Under the pieces are notes generated by a model. The model ran no database searches, was not told the DNA's origin, and worked only from the letters and a program-made list of their open reading frames with translations. From Raja brachyura (lineage: Eukaryota), in assembly GCA_963514005.1 (NCBI GenBank), contig OY740806.1, positions 19,840,001 to 19,904,000 on the forward strand: 64,000 nt of DNA. The letters are read 5' to 3'. Position 1 is the stretch's first letter. Each line of letters starts with the position of its first letter. Positions 39,403 through 51,295 of the stretch are shown here, piece after piece. Made by a program: the position numbers and the translations under genes.

Positions 39403-41160
39403 TAGAAAGCCCCCTTGTTTATTTATCCTTGATGTATCTTAAATTCCAGGACACTCATAGCTATATCCCCGGAGAGGAATTATATCCAACCAAGTACACA
39501 TTTCCCTGTGGCCGCAGAGGTTTTCTCTGTTTGTTTCAGTTTCCTCGCACATTCCAAAGACATGTAGGTTAAATGGCTTCTGCAAAATTGGCCCTCGGGT
39601 GTTTGATAGAACTAATGTATGATGCATCACAGGTCAACAGAGACTCGATGTGCCAAAGGGCCTGCTTCCACACTATGTCTCTAAACTAAACTCAATCCTT
39701 TTGCTTTTGGCATAGATGTAAAAACTGTTGATTGATTCACATTGCCTTGTTTTAGTGACAACACTATCCTGCCCCATAATTGACATTATAACTTTAGAAA
39801 GCTCCTTTAGCATAATAAAATGTTCCAAAGGTGGTTCATTATCAAACAGGATTTGCCACTGAACACCAAAATAATCTTAAAACAGATCACCAAATTTGGT
39901 CAAAGAAGTCGGATTAGGAAGGTGAAGTAGGAAAATAAAGCGATTTAGAGAGTGGATAGTTGTTCTGACGGTTTAATCAGCTGAAAAATACAGCACGCAA
40001 TAATGGAAAAAATAACCAAGATAAAAGTTAGATGTGAGCAGATAATGATGTGGGCTCAAAACAGATAATGCTGGAAATACTCAGCAGAACATGCAGCATC
40101 TGCGGAAAGAGAAACCGTCAAGGTTTCAGGTCGGAGACCTCATGTCAGAACAGTTGTAAAATTGACGTTGCATTATTTTAGCGGCCCCACCATCCCGTCG
40201 TAACCCACAGAACAACTTTGCAAAGCTCCCTTAGCCCAGTAGGATGCCTCAAAGTGGGTCGTTGGAAAGCTTTCAAGCAGAACAGTTTCCATTTTCTCAA
40301 ATGTTGCCCGACCGACTGAGGGAAGGGTCTCGACCCGAAACGTCACCCATTCCTTCTCTCCAGAGATGCTGCCTGTCCTGCTGAATTACTCCACCTTTTT
40401 GTGTATATCGTCGGTTTAAACTAGCATCCGCAGTTCCTTCTCACACATTTCCTGTTTTTACTTTAGTTTTCCAGCATTTGCAGTTTTTTTTTACTACCTC
40501 TGTGGTCTGCAGGCCTGGCAGAGATGGAAAGGAATAGGGCAGGTTGAGGCTTTGAGGAGAGGGTGTGGCTTCAAAACAAAAGTGACTATTTTAAAATTCA
40601 GCCATTGCTTAACCAAGAGTTATTGGTTTGCAGCAAGAACGTGTATGATGGCTGAACAATAATCAGTGTGAGTTAAAATGTGAGTTTAGTAGCGAGTTGT
40701 CTTGGGTATACAGGGATGAGATTGTGGGAGATGAGACCCGAGTGCCTGTGGTGGTAAAGCATCAGTAACAGATGAACTGAGGCATAGGCCATGTTTGACA
40801 ATATAGCAGAAGTAGAAATAGTCAGTCCGAGGGTTTGCTGTGTGGTTGGAGACATGGCTGTGCTTGGACTCTGATATATTAATATTCATCGATGTACTGA
40901 TCAACCACATTCCTTGGCAGATAGCACATGATCCTTCAAACTTCAAAAAATATTTTCATATTTTCTTAAAACACAGATGGAGGCCATTCAGCCCATCACG
41001 TCTCTGCCAGCTCTCAGCACAATCCAATCACTCACTACCCCATTCATTTTTCTGTAACCGATTCTCTGGTAATTTAACTCCTTCCCCCCTCCACTCACCT
41101 CACAACTATGTCAGATGCACTGCACAGGAGCCAATAACATTATAAACCTATACATCTTTA

Positions 41161-42193
41161 TAGCAATGTTACAAAATTTTGAGATTTAAAAAATCAAGTC
41201 TGCAATTTATCCCATCAAATAAAGCATAAAAAGAAGTTTAATTTGACACCTAATTTACTTTCATATCTTCAGTATTAAGAAAGTTATGGCCATTTTCATA
41301 CTCAGAAATTAGCATCTTGCTCCCCATTGCCTTTCAATTGACGTAACTCAAAAGCTGTGATCTGGAAAAGTTAAAAGCCCATAACTTTCTTAAAAATTAA
41401 GAGAACTCAATGAAATTTTCAGTTATTATAGATTGAAGCATTCTGAAACAAATATGAAACAATCTTACTTGCATGACCTGAAATGAAAGCATATAATTAG
41501 TTAGTTATCTAATTGTAGCTAATTACAAAATTCAATGAGTAGATCTAAACATCTATCCATTTCTTAAGAAAAGATAAACTTTTTTTAAATTGCCTAAGTA
41601 TCCAAATAACATTCACACAATAATCCACAATATAACATAATTTTTAAATTTCATTTTCATGAATTTCTGGGCCAAATGGAAGGAATTTAGTGTTTGATTC
41701 CTGTAAATTAATGGCCATTTAAATCAACTAGCGAGTGGGTTTTAGTGGAATGCGGTGGATTGGAACGTTGCGGTTAGCGGTGGTCGGGAGGAAAAATATT
41801 GTTTGTTCATAGATTTTTTGGGACCCCATTTCGCAACATAAAAATATTATTAAAGACTCCCGAAAGAACAAATTTTAATATAAAAATAAACTATTTACCT
41901 TTTCTTCTCCCCTACGCAAACTTCTTCCGGTTGTCGGCGCTCACGGCTTTTGAAGGTGATTTTTAAATTACTCTAGTTAATAAATAATTTAGAGTAATTT
42001 AAAAATACCTTCATTCATGAAATGTCGGAGCGATTTTTCTTCCGCAACCAAATCGCCCGACATTCATCGATTTGTCCTGCCTGTTGAAAAACGGCACTTT
42101 AAGCCCGCCCCCCCTCTGAAAGGCGCCAAAGTCGCGCACATGGGGAGCGGCAGAACTGCAGCGCCGCTAAAGGTAAGTTTTGCAACATACCTA
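41161..42193. mobile_element. Non-autonomous DNA transposon (1033 bp) inserted into a SINE
   Basis: Imperfect TIR TAGCAATGTTACAAAA / TTTTGCAACATACCTA; direct repeat ATCTTTA on both sides; SINE sequence resumes after 42200. Confidence 0.75.
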
Positions 42194-43823
42194 ATCTTTA
42201 GGATGCGGGAAGAAACCAGAGCAGATGTAGGAATCCTCATGGTCACATGGAGTATTAACAGATTCCACCCAGTCAAAGACCACAGTTCAGGTTTGAGCCA
42301 GATCATTGGAGCTGTGAGACAGCTGTACTGACTACAGTGCCACTATGCCATCCTAGCGTATATGTTTAATACACAGAACATTTCCCATCATTGATCTTTG
42401 ATGCTCCAAATTTAGTTTTGAGCTGAAGTGGAAACGGATGTCAGTGACTTCAGTGTCAACATTATGGTAATATTTTTCCTAATGTACATAGAACAGTACC
42501 ACCCAGGGACAGATATGTCGGCCCACAAAGTACTTGCCAAGCACGATGTTAAGTTTATCAAATCTCCCTTGCCTGCACATCATCCATATCTCTCAATTCC
42601 TTGCAAAACCATGTGCTGATCTAGCTGCCACTATTGTATCTGTTAACATATTTAATGCTAGTCTTGTATCTAATACAGAACCTGAATATAGCTCTCCACA
42701 TAATGATCTCAAATCATCGTAACATTCCTAACAGTTCAAATTTAACTGATTTGAATAAAAATCTGTTTATTTCTAACTGAAAATAAATGAGATAGTCTCC
42801 ATGCCATTTAGCGGATATGTCCTGTTAGTATTTGACATTCCAAAATACATTAATACCCCTCTGTATTAAACCCATCGTCCACTCCTCTACCCAATTTCCC
42901 AACTAATCAACGGTGTTCCGTTTTCTTTCACAACCCTCTTCATTATCTATTATTCCATTAATTTTTGTGTCGTCAACAAGTTTACTAATCAGTCCACCTA
43001 CTTTCTCATCTAAAGATAGCCACAAAATGCTCAGTGTGTCAAACAATATCTTTTGGGATCACACTGTCCCAAGCCAACAATTGGTCTATCAGGAACCATC
43101 CTGCCTGAGGTCATCTGTTGCCTTCCCTGATTTGCCTTTTCGCCTTTTCTTGCTTCCTGCTCTCCCCACCCCCACCACCCCCATACAATCAGTCTGAAGA
43201 AGGGTCCCGACTTGAAACATCACATCAATTTTCTCCAGAGATGCTGCCTGACCTGCTGAGTTCCTCCAGCATTTTGTGTCTATCGTTGTTATAAACCAGC
43301 ATCTGCAGTTCCTTTTTATTACTTTCTCATCCAAGTCATTTACAATGCCATTCACCACTGAAAAATGGAAAAATATCCCTCAACTACTGTTATCATTTAA
43401 ACTAGAAAATATCGCAAAATAGTAAGACTTTTTCAACATATTACAAGATGGTCTTCTATTACTATGATAGCCTTTGCTAACTAACATCCACGCAGGCATT
43501 ATTTATAGACATTTCCAGGTAATGTATGAATCATCAGGAAAATCACAGATAATATGGAAAGTGCTCATGTGCCAACCACTGTGTTTTTCACAAATCTAAA
43601 TATAATATAATATAAATTGTACATAAATATAAAATTGCTGATTTGATTTAAACCAGTTGGCTCAAAGGAGTGGATAATTCAATTTCCATTCCACAAGGTA
43701 CATTTTGTTAGTTTCCTCTATCCACAGTTACTGCCTGACCGAAACATTTCCAGTAATCTTGATTTTATTCCACTTGCGCTCGGCATGTGATAGTGATTAT
43801 TCTTCATTTTTGTGTTCATTCAG

Positions 43824-43961
43824 CAAATTTGTGACGTAATGGACAAAAATGCCAAAAAACAGTTACCGTATGGTTACAGTTCATCTCCTCTCCACCATGT
43901 TGATGATACATCTGAATATTCTGTGGTGCGAATGTCACGCCAAGACTTGAGGACTGTGTGA
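43824..43961 (+). CDS. IgSF receptor exon 10, last coding exon (ITIM: ...DDTSEYSVVRMSRQDLRTV*)
   Basis: Acceptor tttttgtgttcattcag; phase 0 fits exon 9; SxYxxV near the C-terminus; TGA at 43959-43961. Confidence 0.85.
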   Translation, partial: QICDVMDKNAKKQLPYGYSSSPLHHVDDTSEYSVVRMSRQDLRTV

Positions 43962-45524
43962 CCTTGAAATTAGTTCTCAGCTACTTTGCAGCCTCAGGAA
44001 TGACCTACTCACAAGTGGTTTCACAGAGCGACATGCAGGACGAGCCTCTGGAAACTGAGTGACCAACGCCAAGACGTCTGTGCTCAGCAATAGACTTCAT
44101 CGCTTTATAGTTCTTCCTATGGACAAGAGTCTATTGTTCACTTTTCTTAGGTGTTAGATATCCTTAAGGAGTGAAACATTTTGTCAGGCATATTTTAGTC
44201 CCAGTTCATTTTTCTCTTGCAAAAGACAAAATTATTTGGTGGCTGAACTTCTTTCGGAGCTGGCAGCTGCAGGAGTAACTCAATAAGTTGACCATTTTCT
44301 CAAGGGTCTAAAAATGCAATTTCTCTGGTGCTTAAATTGGGATCTTCCGTTGACTGGAGATAACTGTAAACTGTCCTTGCCCATCACATGTGGAGTTTAC
44401 ATGAAGAGGTATTGGACATTCATCTGACTTTTCCATGCAGTCCCGGCCTGGGCCCAAAAACAACAGTCACTGACCTCCCATCCTGCAGAGATCTGTACAG
44501 GACTACTGCAATCCCTATTCTTCAGCTCCAGGCTGGACTGTGTGCTCACACTGAAATATCATTGAGCTGATGAGAAACATTAACACAGCCAAGTTGCTGT
44601 AGTGAACAGTAATATTATTTGCATGTATTCTACTGTTTGAATGTACAAGTCTATACATAAAAATTATGAACAGAAACTTGAATTCTATGTAGAGTGCACT
44701 GTGAAAATTATTTTTTTTGCTCCATTGCTTTTATGAAATCGGACTGGATTTTGTAATACAGCCCCAATTAAAATTGGATTTAAAAATGTCCTACAAATTT
44801 ACAAAACCAGAAGCTTACAAAATGTATACAAACCAGCTTATTTAGTGGATGGAGCAGTATCTGACAATGAAAATACCAGGATATCAGTTGATATGATCCG
44901 ACCGACCAACACAGGAACACACTGCAGCCCAGGGCAAGTGTCCAGCAAATTTGGGGCAACAGAAGATCTGCCTTGTTACCATAGTAACTTGATCAACCAA
45001 ACTTTAGCATGAGCATATAAATAGCCAAAGATCATGAAAGAAGAATGTTTACAGACAGGTAATGTGATTCCTATGCAATCTTTTAGCAACATTCACTGGA
45101 TGCATGCACGTGTTGGACAATGTGGGAACCCTCACCTGTCAATATGTTGCTGCCATTAGTGCTCTAACATTGATATCTGATGTGTGGGAAGGAACTACAG
45201 ATGCTGGTTTAAAATGAAGATAGACACAAAATGCTGGAGTAACTCAGCGGGACAGGCAGCATCTCTGGAGAGATCTCTATCTGAAGAAGGGTCTCGACCC
45301 GAAACATCACCTATTCCTTCTCTCCAGAGGTGCTGCCTGTTCTGCTGATTTACTCCAGAATTTTGTGTCTACCTATGATATCTGATGTACTGGATCTGTA
45401 GTTACCTCGGATCATGCAGCAGATATGTATGGCTCACAACATCAATCTAGATGAGATCGGAGGCATGATTGTGACTAGGTCCACTTGATAATTCTCTCTG
45501 CTTCATTTTCCGATCATTATTGAA

Positions 45525-45530
45525 AATAAA
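45525..45530 (+). terminator. Candidate polyadenylation signal for the IgSF receptor
   Basis: First AATAAA I found downstream of the stop codon (an ATTAAA occurs at 44767); motif only. Confidence 0.25.
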
Positions 45531-45989
45531 GCATAAGAAGGAAATACTAGAGGCTTGAGATGCTGGGATCTGGAGCAAAACACAATCTGTTCAACGGATC
45601 AGGCAATATCTGTGAGGGGGAAGGAATCATCAATATTTTGGGATGACTGGACAGGACTGGTAGAGAGAAGATAGCAAGTATAAAGACACGTTTGTCCTTA
45701 TTATGAAATGAAAATATGCTGAGCAGTGGGGGAAAATATTTCATTCATGAAAACTTGAATTCTCAAAATACTGCAAATATAATGTAATTGATTGTTCCAA
45801 TTAATGAGATTAAGATCAGTTGCCTTATTTTTTGATTTTTACATATTGTTTGAATTTTGGACCACTCCAGCCTTTGAGAAAATAGGAGGCCAGTTCTCAA
45901 CAAATCCTCCAGTCAGTTTTAATGGGACTCTGATGCCTGTGGGACTGTGTCAAACATGATTTGATGTGAAGAGAAAGGGAAAAATGATA

Positions 45990-46745
45990 CTAGAATTGTA
46001 GGTGTCATAGATGGTGAAGAAGGTTGTCAAATGTTACAGCTAGGTAATCGGGCCAAAAAATAGCGAGAGGCATTCATTTCAGGTAAGTGCGAGTTTTGTA
46101 TTTTATTAAGTCAAACCAAATTTGGACTTTCACAGTGAACGGCAGATTGCTGGGGAGTGTTGCAGAACCTCAGAGTGCAAGTACATTCTTCCCTGAAGGT
46201 TGCATCACATGTAGACAGGGAGATGAATGTGACATCTTGCATGCTGGTTTAATCTGTCAAGGCATTGATTTGAGGAGTTGGGACATTATATCACAGTTGT
46301 ACAACTCACTGTGAGGCCTGTACTTGGAGCATTATGTACAGTTTTGGTTATCATGCTACAGGAAATATGTCATTAAGCTGGAACTATTACAAAGATGTTG
46401 CCAGGACTTTTGAGCCAAAGTAAAAGGCAGAATTTGGGCAGCAAAGGCTTTATTCCTTATAGAGGCACATAAAATGAAGAGGGTCATAGATAAGTTGAGT
46501 GCACGCAGTCTTTTTCCCCAGGGAAGGGGAATCAAAAACTAATGAGCATAGGATTAAGATGAGAGAGACTTGAGGAGCAACCTCTTTCCACAGAGGGTGG
46601 TACATACATGGATCAAGCTGCCAGAGGAAGTTGTGAGGGAGTTACATTAACTACATTCAAAATACATTTGAATGCATATATGGATAGGAAAGATTTAGAC
46701 TAGAGAGATGTGTGCTTAACACGGGTAAATTGAACTAGCTCAGAT
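45990..46745 (+). mobile_element. Old, degenerate CR1 LINE fragment
   Basis: Remnants of LYNSLVRP.LE..VQFW and the 3' end. Confidence 0.7.
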
Positions 46746-46775
46746 GGACAATTTTCTCACAACACACTTCCATCC

Positions 46776-48560
46776 AGATGTCTGGCTCCATTACATCTGA
46801 CATAGACGTAGACGGCGTAGACGGAGGAATTGCAAGTAGGGGATAGAGTTTTTACAAGAAGCAGGGTAGGAAGAAGTGTAGTCAAGATAGTTTTTTTTTT
46901 TTTTTAATTTTTTTTATAAATACTTTATTCAAAAAAAAATCAACATACAAAGTAGTATATAGTTCACATCAAAACTGTCTATATCCAGTTTACAAACAAA
47001 GACAAAAAATTCAAATTAAAATCCCGCTATCCTTATCTATAATACCATCGACCTCCCGCGGTGACCAGCGCGCACGGAAGGCTTCCAGTGTCCCCGTAGA
47101 CACGGCGTGATCGTCAAGATAGCTATGGGAGTCGGTAGGTTTGTAGTAGATGTAGGTCAATAGTTTGTTTCCTGTGATGGAGATGATGAGATCTAGAAAC
47201 GGTAGGGAGATGTCAAGATGATTCAAGTGAATTTGAATGCCGGATGGAAATTAATGGTGAAGTTGATGAAGTCACTGAGTTCTGCATGTCTGCAGGAGGT
47301 GGCACTAATGCAGTTATCAATGTAGCAGAGGTAGAATTTGGGGATAGGGCTTGTTCGACCCTGCAAAGAGGCAGGCATAGCTAGGGCCCACGCGAGTGTC
47401 CATGGCTATGCCTTGGATTTGGAGGAAGTGGGATGAGTAAAAAGGAGAAGTTGTTGAGGGTAGGTCAAATGAGAAATTGAAGTGCTGAGCCATCAGGTGA
47501 TCAGGTAGGTTAAGACAGACTGAGCGGAGGTGTTCAGCGAAATGATCGCTGAGTTTGTGCTTGGTCTCACCAATGTAGAGCAGTTGACACCTGGAACAGC
47601 GGATACAGTAGATGACCCTACAGTAGATGCAGGTGAACCTCTGCCTCACCTGGAAAGACTGTTTGGGTTTATGGATGGAGTCGCAGGGGGAGGTAAATGG
47701 ACAGGTGTTGTATCTCCTGTGGTTGCAGGGGAAAGTAACCGGGGAGGGGTTGGTTTGGGTGGGAAGGGACAAGTTGACCAGGGAGTTTCGGAGGGAACAG
47801 ACACTGGAAAGCAGAAAGGGGTGGACATGGGCAGATGTGGCCAGTAAAGGGATCCCGTTGGAGGTGGCAAAAATATTGGAAGATTATATGCTGTATGCGA
47901 TGACTGATGGGGTGGAAGGTGAGGACAAGGGGGGCTCTGTCCTTGTTACGAATGGGGGAAGGAGTAGTAAGAGCGGTGCTGCGGGATATCGAGGAGACCC
48001 TAGTGAGAGCCTCATCTATAATGGAAGAGGGGAACCCCCGTTTCCTAAAGAAAGAGGACATCTCCAATGCCCTGGTGTGGAACACCACATCCTGGATGCA
48101 GCTGCGGCATAGACATATGAATTGGGAGTAGGGGGTAGAGTCTTTACAGCAAGCAGGGTGGGAATAAGTGTAGTCTAGATAGCTATGGGAGTCGGTAGGT
48201 TTGTAGTAGATGTCGGTCAATAGTCTGTTTCCTGTGATGGAGATGGTGAGATCTAGAAATGGCAGGGAGATGTCAGAGATGGTCCAAGTGAATATGAATG
48301 CCGGATGGAAATTAGTGATGAAGTTGATGAAGTCACTGAGTTCTGTATGTCTGCAGGAGGTAGCACCAATGCAGTTGTCAATGTAGTGGAGGTAGAGTTT
48401 GGGGATAGGGCCAGTGTACGCCTGGAACAGGGATTGTTTGACGTACCCTACAAAGTGGCAGGCAGGCCCATGCGAGTGTCCATAGCTACGCATTGGATTT
48501 GGAGGAAATGGGAGGAGTCAATGGAGAAGTTGTTGAGGGGAAGTCAAAGGAGAAGTTGTT
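46776..48560 (-). mobile_element. Penelope-like retroelement, two tandem partial copies (RT and GIY-YIG endonuclease)
   Basis: LPFLDL...YYKPTDSHSYL...HP (RT thumb) and VIYCIRC...LYIGET...EH (GIY-YIG); frameshifted; RT segment present twice. Confidence 0.92.
46891..47112 (-). mobile_element. Short L1/Tx1-like 3' end with poly(A), inserted into Penelope
   Basis: Poly(T) on the + strand, ORF end ...EAFRARW..., 10-bp TSD GTCAAGATAG (46881-46890, 47113-47122). Confidence 0.85.
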
Positions 48561-51060
48561 GTGCGTAAGTTCAAAGGATAGAATGTGCAGAGCTGGAGCC
48601 CAATAGCAAGCCCCAAGTCATGTATGATGTACCTGCCACAACCTCCCAACTCAACATCAACATCTGTTTCCATTTCCTATGAACCTTGTCAACCCTCAGC
48701 TAGTTTGGTTGTGAAATTAGAATCTAAGACTTTATGCTTATAGCTACAAACCAGCTTCTAGTTTAAATATAGAACATGGAAACTGCTTATAGATTTTGTG
48801 ATATATCGGGCATTTGAAATAAAATGTGCTGTTACTTCCAGTTTTAGAAATGAGATGAGCACTCAAATTTAAGATATCGACTGGTTCTATATTCAGACGC
48901 ATGAACTTGCATACAGATGAAAGCTGTTCCATGCTTTTATCATGTTAGATTTTAACAGCCCCAGTAGAAAGAAGATAAAATTTAATTCAGCGAACATTTA
49001 CATTTCAAAACTCTTTAAAAAAATTACCAAATTAACACATTTAATGATATAAAATGATAGGCAAAGAATTATAACAGTTAATTATAACAGAGAAAAATAG
49101 TATTATAACGTAGTAAAACATTTTCAAGCCTTTCATAGGTGTGTTGCCAAATATGAAACTACATTAAAGGATACAAAATGCTAGAGTAACTCAGCGTGTC
49201 AGGCAGCATCCCTGGATAACATGGATAGGTGATGTTTCGGGTCGAGACCGATCTACAGACTCCAGCACTATGGGTCCTTTTGTGTAGTTACCAGCATCCT
49301 CAGTTCTTTGTTTCTGCATGAAACTACATTTGTAGATATCACAGTGGATGACCAAAACTTTGCTTAAAGAGGTAGGAGATCAGGAACATTCTTAAGGAGG
49401 TATGAGAGGTAAAGTCTTGTTTGAAGAAAGGAAGTAGAGGATTTAAAATTGAGATGCTGAAGTGGTCAGGATTAGAAATGAGATAAAATCATGCAAAATA
49501 TTATAACAGAAGGAGATTGTTTAGTCATTTACAGTTCATGTTGGTTGAAAAAGATCTATCGGCTTAAACCAATTTCCAGTATTTGGACCATTGCCCCTAG
49601 GATCTCTCTTCCAGTGCACATCCATGGACTCTTTAAGTGTGATTGCTGGCTTAATCACACCAGGGAGAAGTCACCTCCAAACCTTACATCTATTTCTTCA
49701 GTTTTATGTCCCAAATGTTTGACACTTGGACGAACAGAAATACTTTAGTTCATCCTATTTACCATCCAGGTAGCTTGTAATTTCATACATCTCATATAAA
49801 TCTCCCCTCACACTACAAAAGAGTACAAATCCAGCCTATCCAAGCTGGAGCTCTCTCTTGGATGTGTTTTATTGTTCATGAGTTGCAGGAGCAGAATTAG
49901 GCCATTCGACCCATCAGTCTGTTCTGCCATTCAATCTTTCCCTCTCAACCCCATTCTCCTGCCTTCTCCCCGTAACCCATGACACTTGCTATTGTGACAA
50001 ATACCAAGTGTGACCTTGCCCAGATCCATTCATTCTATATTAGATGTCCTGTCTCACTGATCTCGAGTTCATGATGTCTGTCACAAGCTTTCCTTTTTCC
50101 CTCATGTTGCCGTTTTTTTATTGTCCAAGGAGCTTGCAGGCAATCTTACAGGAACACGTGCATCCTGTTTTGTGTGCATCCTGTTTCACTTTCCTGAAGG
50201 TCTCCCATTCCTCTCATTTTAATTTACCTTCAAGTATCTGAACATTTTACTAAAACATCTCAGCTGAGTGAAATTTGCAATAACTCAGTTTGCAACTACA
50301 GCTCCTGTTTCATCTTTCATCGTTTCCACTATTCTGCTAACTCTGTGGTCATTGCTGCAAACATGATCTCCCACTGTTACTGGGAGAACGCCAATAACTT
50401 GATAAGATTTTTTAAGGCTGAAGGGACTGATCTTGAGTTGTATTCAGAGACGAATTCAACCCATTCAGCCCCATAAATCTCTCCCAGACATCTGCATTCA
50501 TCCAGTAACAGTATTTTGTGGTCCTGACCCGAAATGTCACCTATCCCTGTCCTCCCGCGATGCTGCCTGCCATTTACCACAGTGCCTTATCCTTTTCTTT
50601 TTAGTAAAGCAGCATCTGTACTTCCTTGTGTCTCCAAGTCAAAACATGGGAGGCCAATAAAGACAAATCTTGGTCAAATCTTAAGATAATAAAAATGTAG
50701 GTCAGTGTTTCAACGCATTTGATTGCGACAAACAAAATGAGCAATATTCGATTCAAAGAGTAATAGAGTTGTACAGCATAGAAACAGGCACTGTGGCCAA
50801 CCAGGTCTATGCTGGCCATGATACCTACACTGATTCTGCATCTCACTGTGAAGTACCGAAACGGATACCTCTTAAATATTGCAACTGTTCCAACCTCCAC
50901 CACCTTCCCTGGCAGCTTATTTCAGATACCAACTAGTCCTTGTGTGAACATTTACCCCTCAGAACCCCTTCAAGTCTCTTCCCTCTCACCTTAAATATTG
51001 TATCCTTTATCCTTTCTCTGTGCACTGTGGTCATCTTGATTGTAATCATATATAAACTTA

Positions 51061-51295
51061 AGGGCCTGTCCCACTTGGGTGTCATTTGCACATCACGCAG
51101 CTGGCGCGCAAAGATTTTGTGAATCCCAAAATCCTGGGGCGCCCCGCGCAACCGCGCGTCACTGCCTACGCCACCACGCACCATGCGCGCGTAATGCACG
51201 CCATGCTCATATCACGACACGTGCGTCATGCATTTTGACGCGTAAATAATGTTGCGTAAATGACGCTCAAATGACGCCCAAGTGGGTCAGGCCCT
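51061..51295. mobile_element. PIF/Harbinger-like MITE (235 bp)
   Basis: TIR AGGGCCTGTCCCACTTGGG; TTA TSD; CpG-rich interior. Confidence 0.9.
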
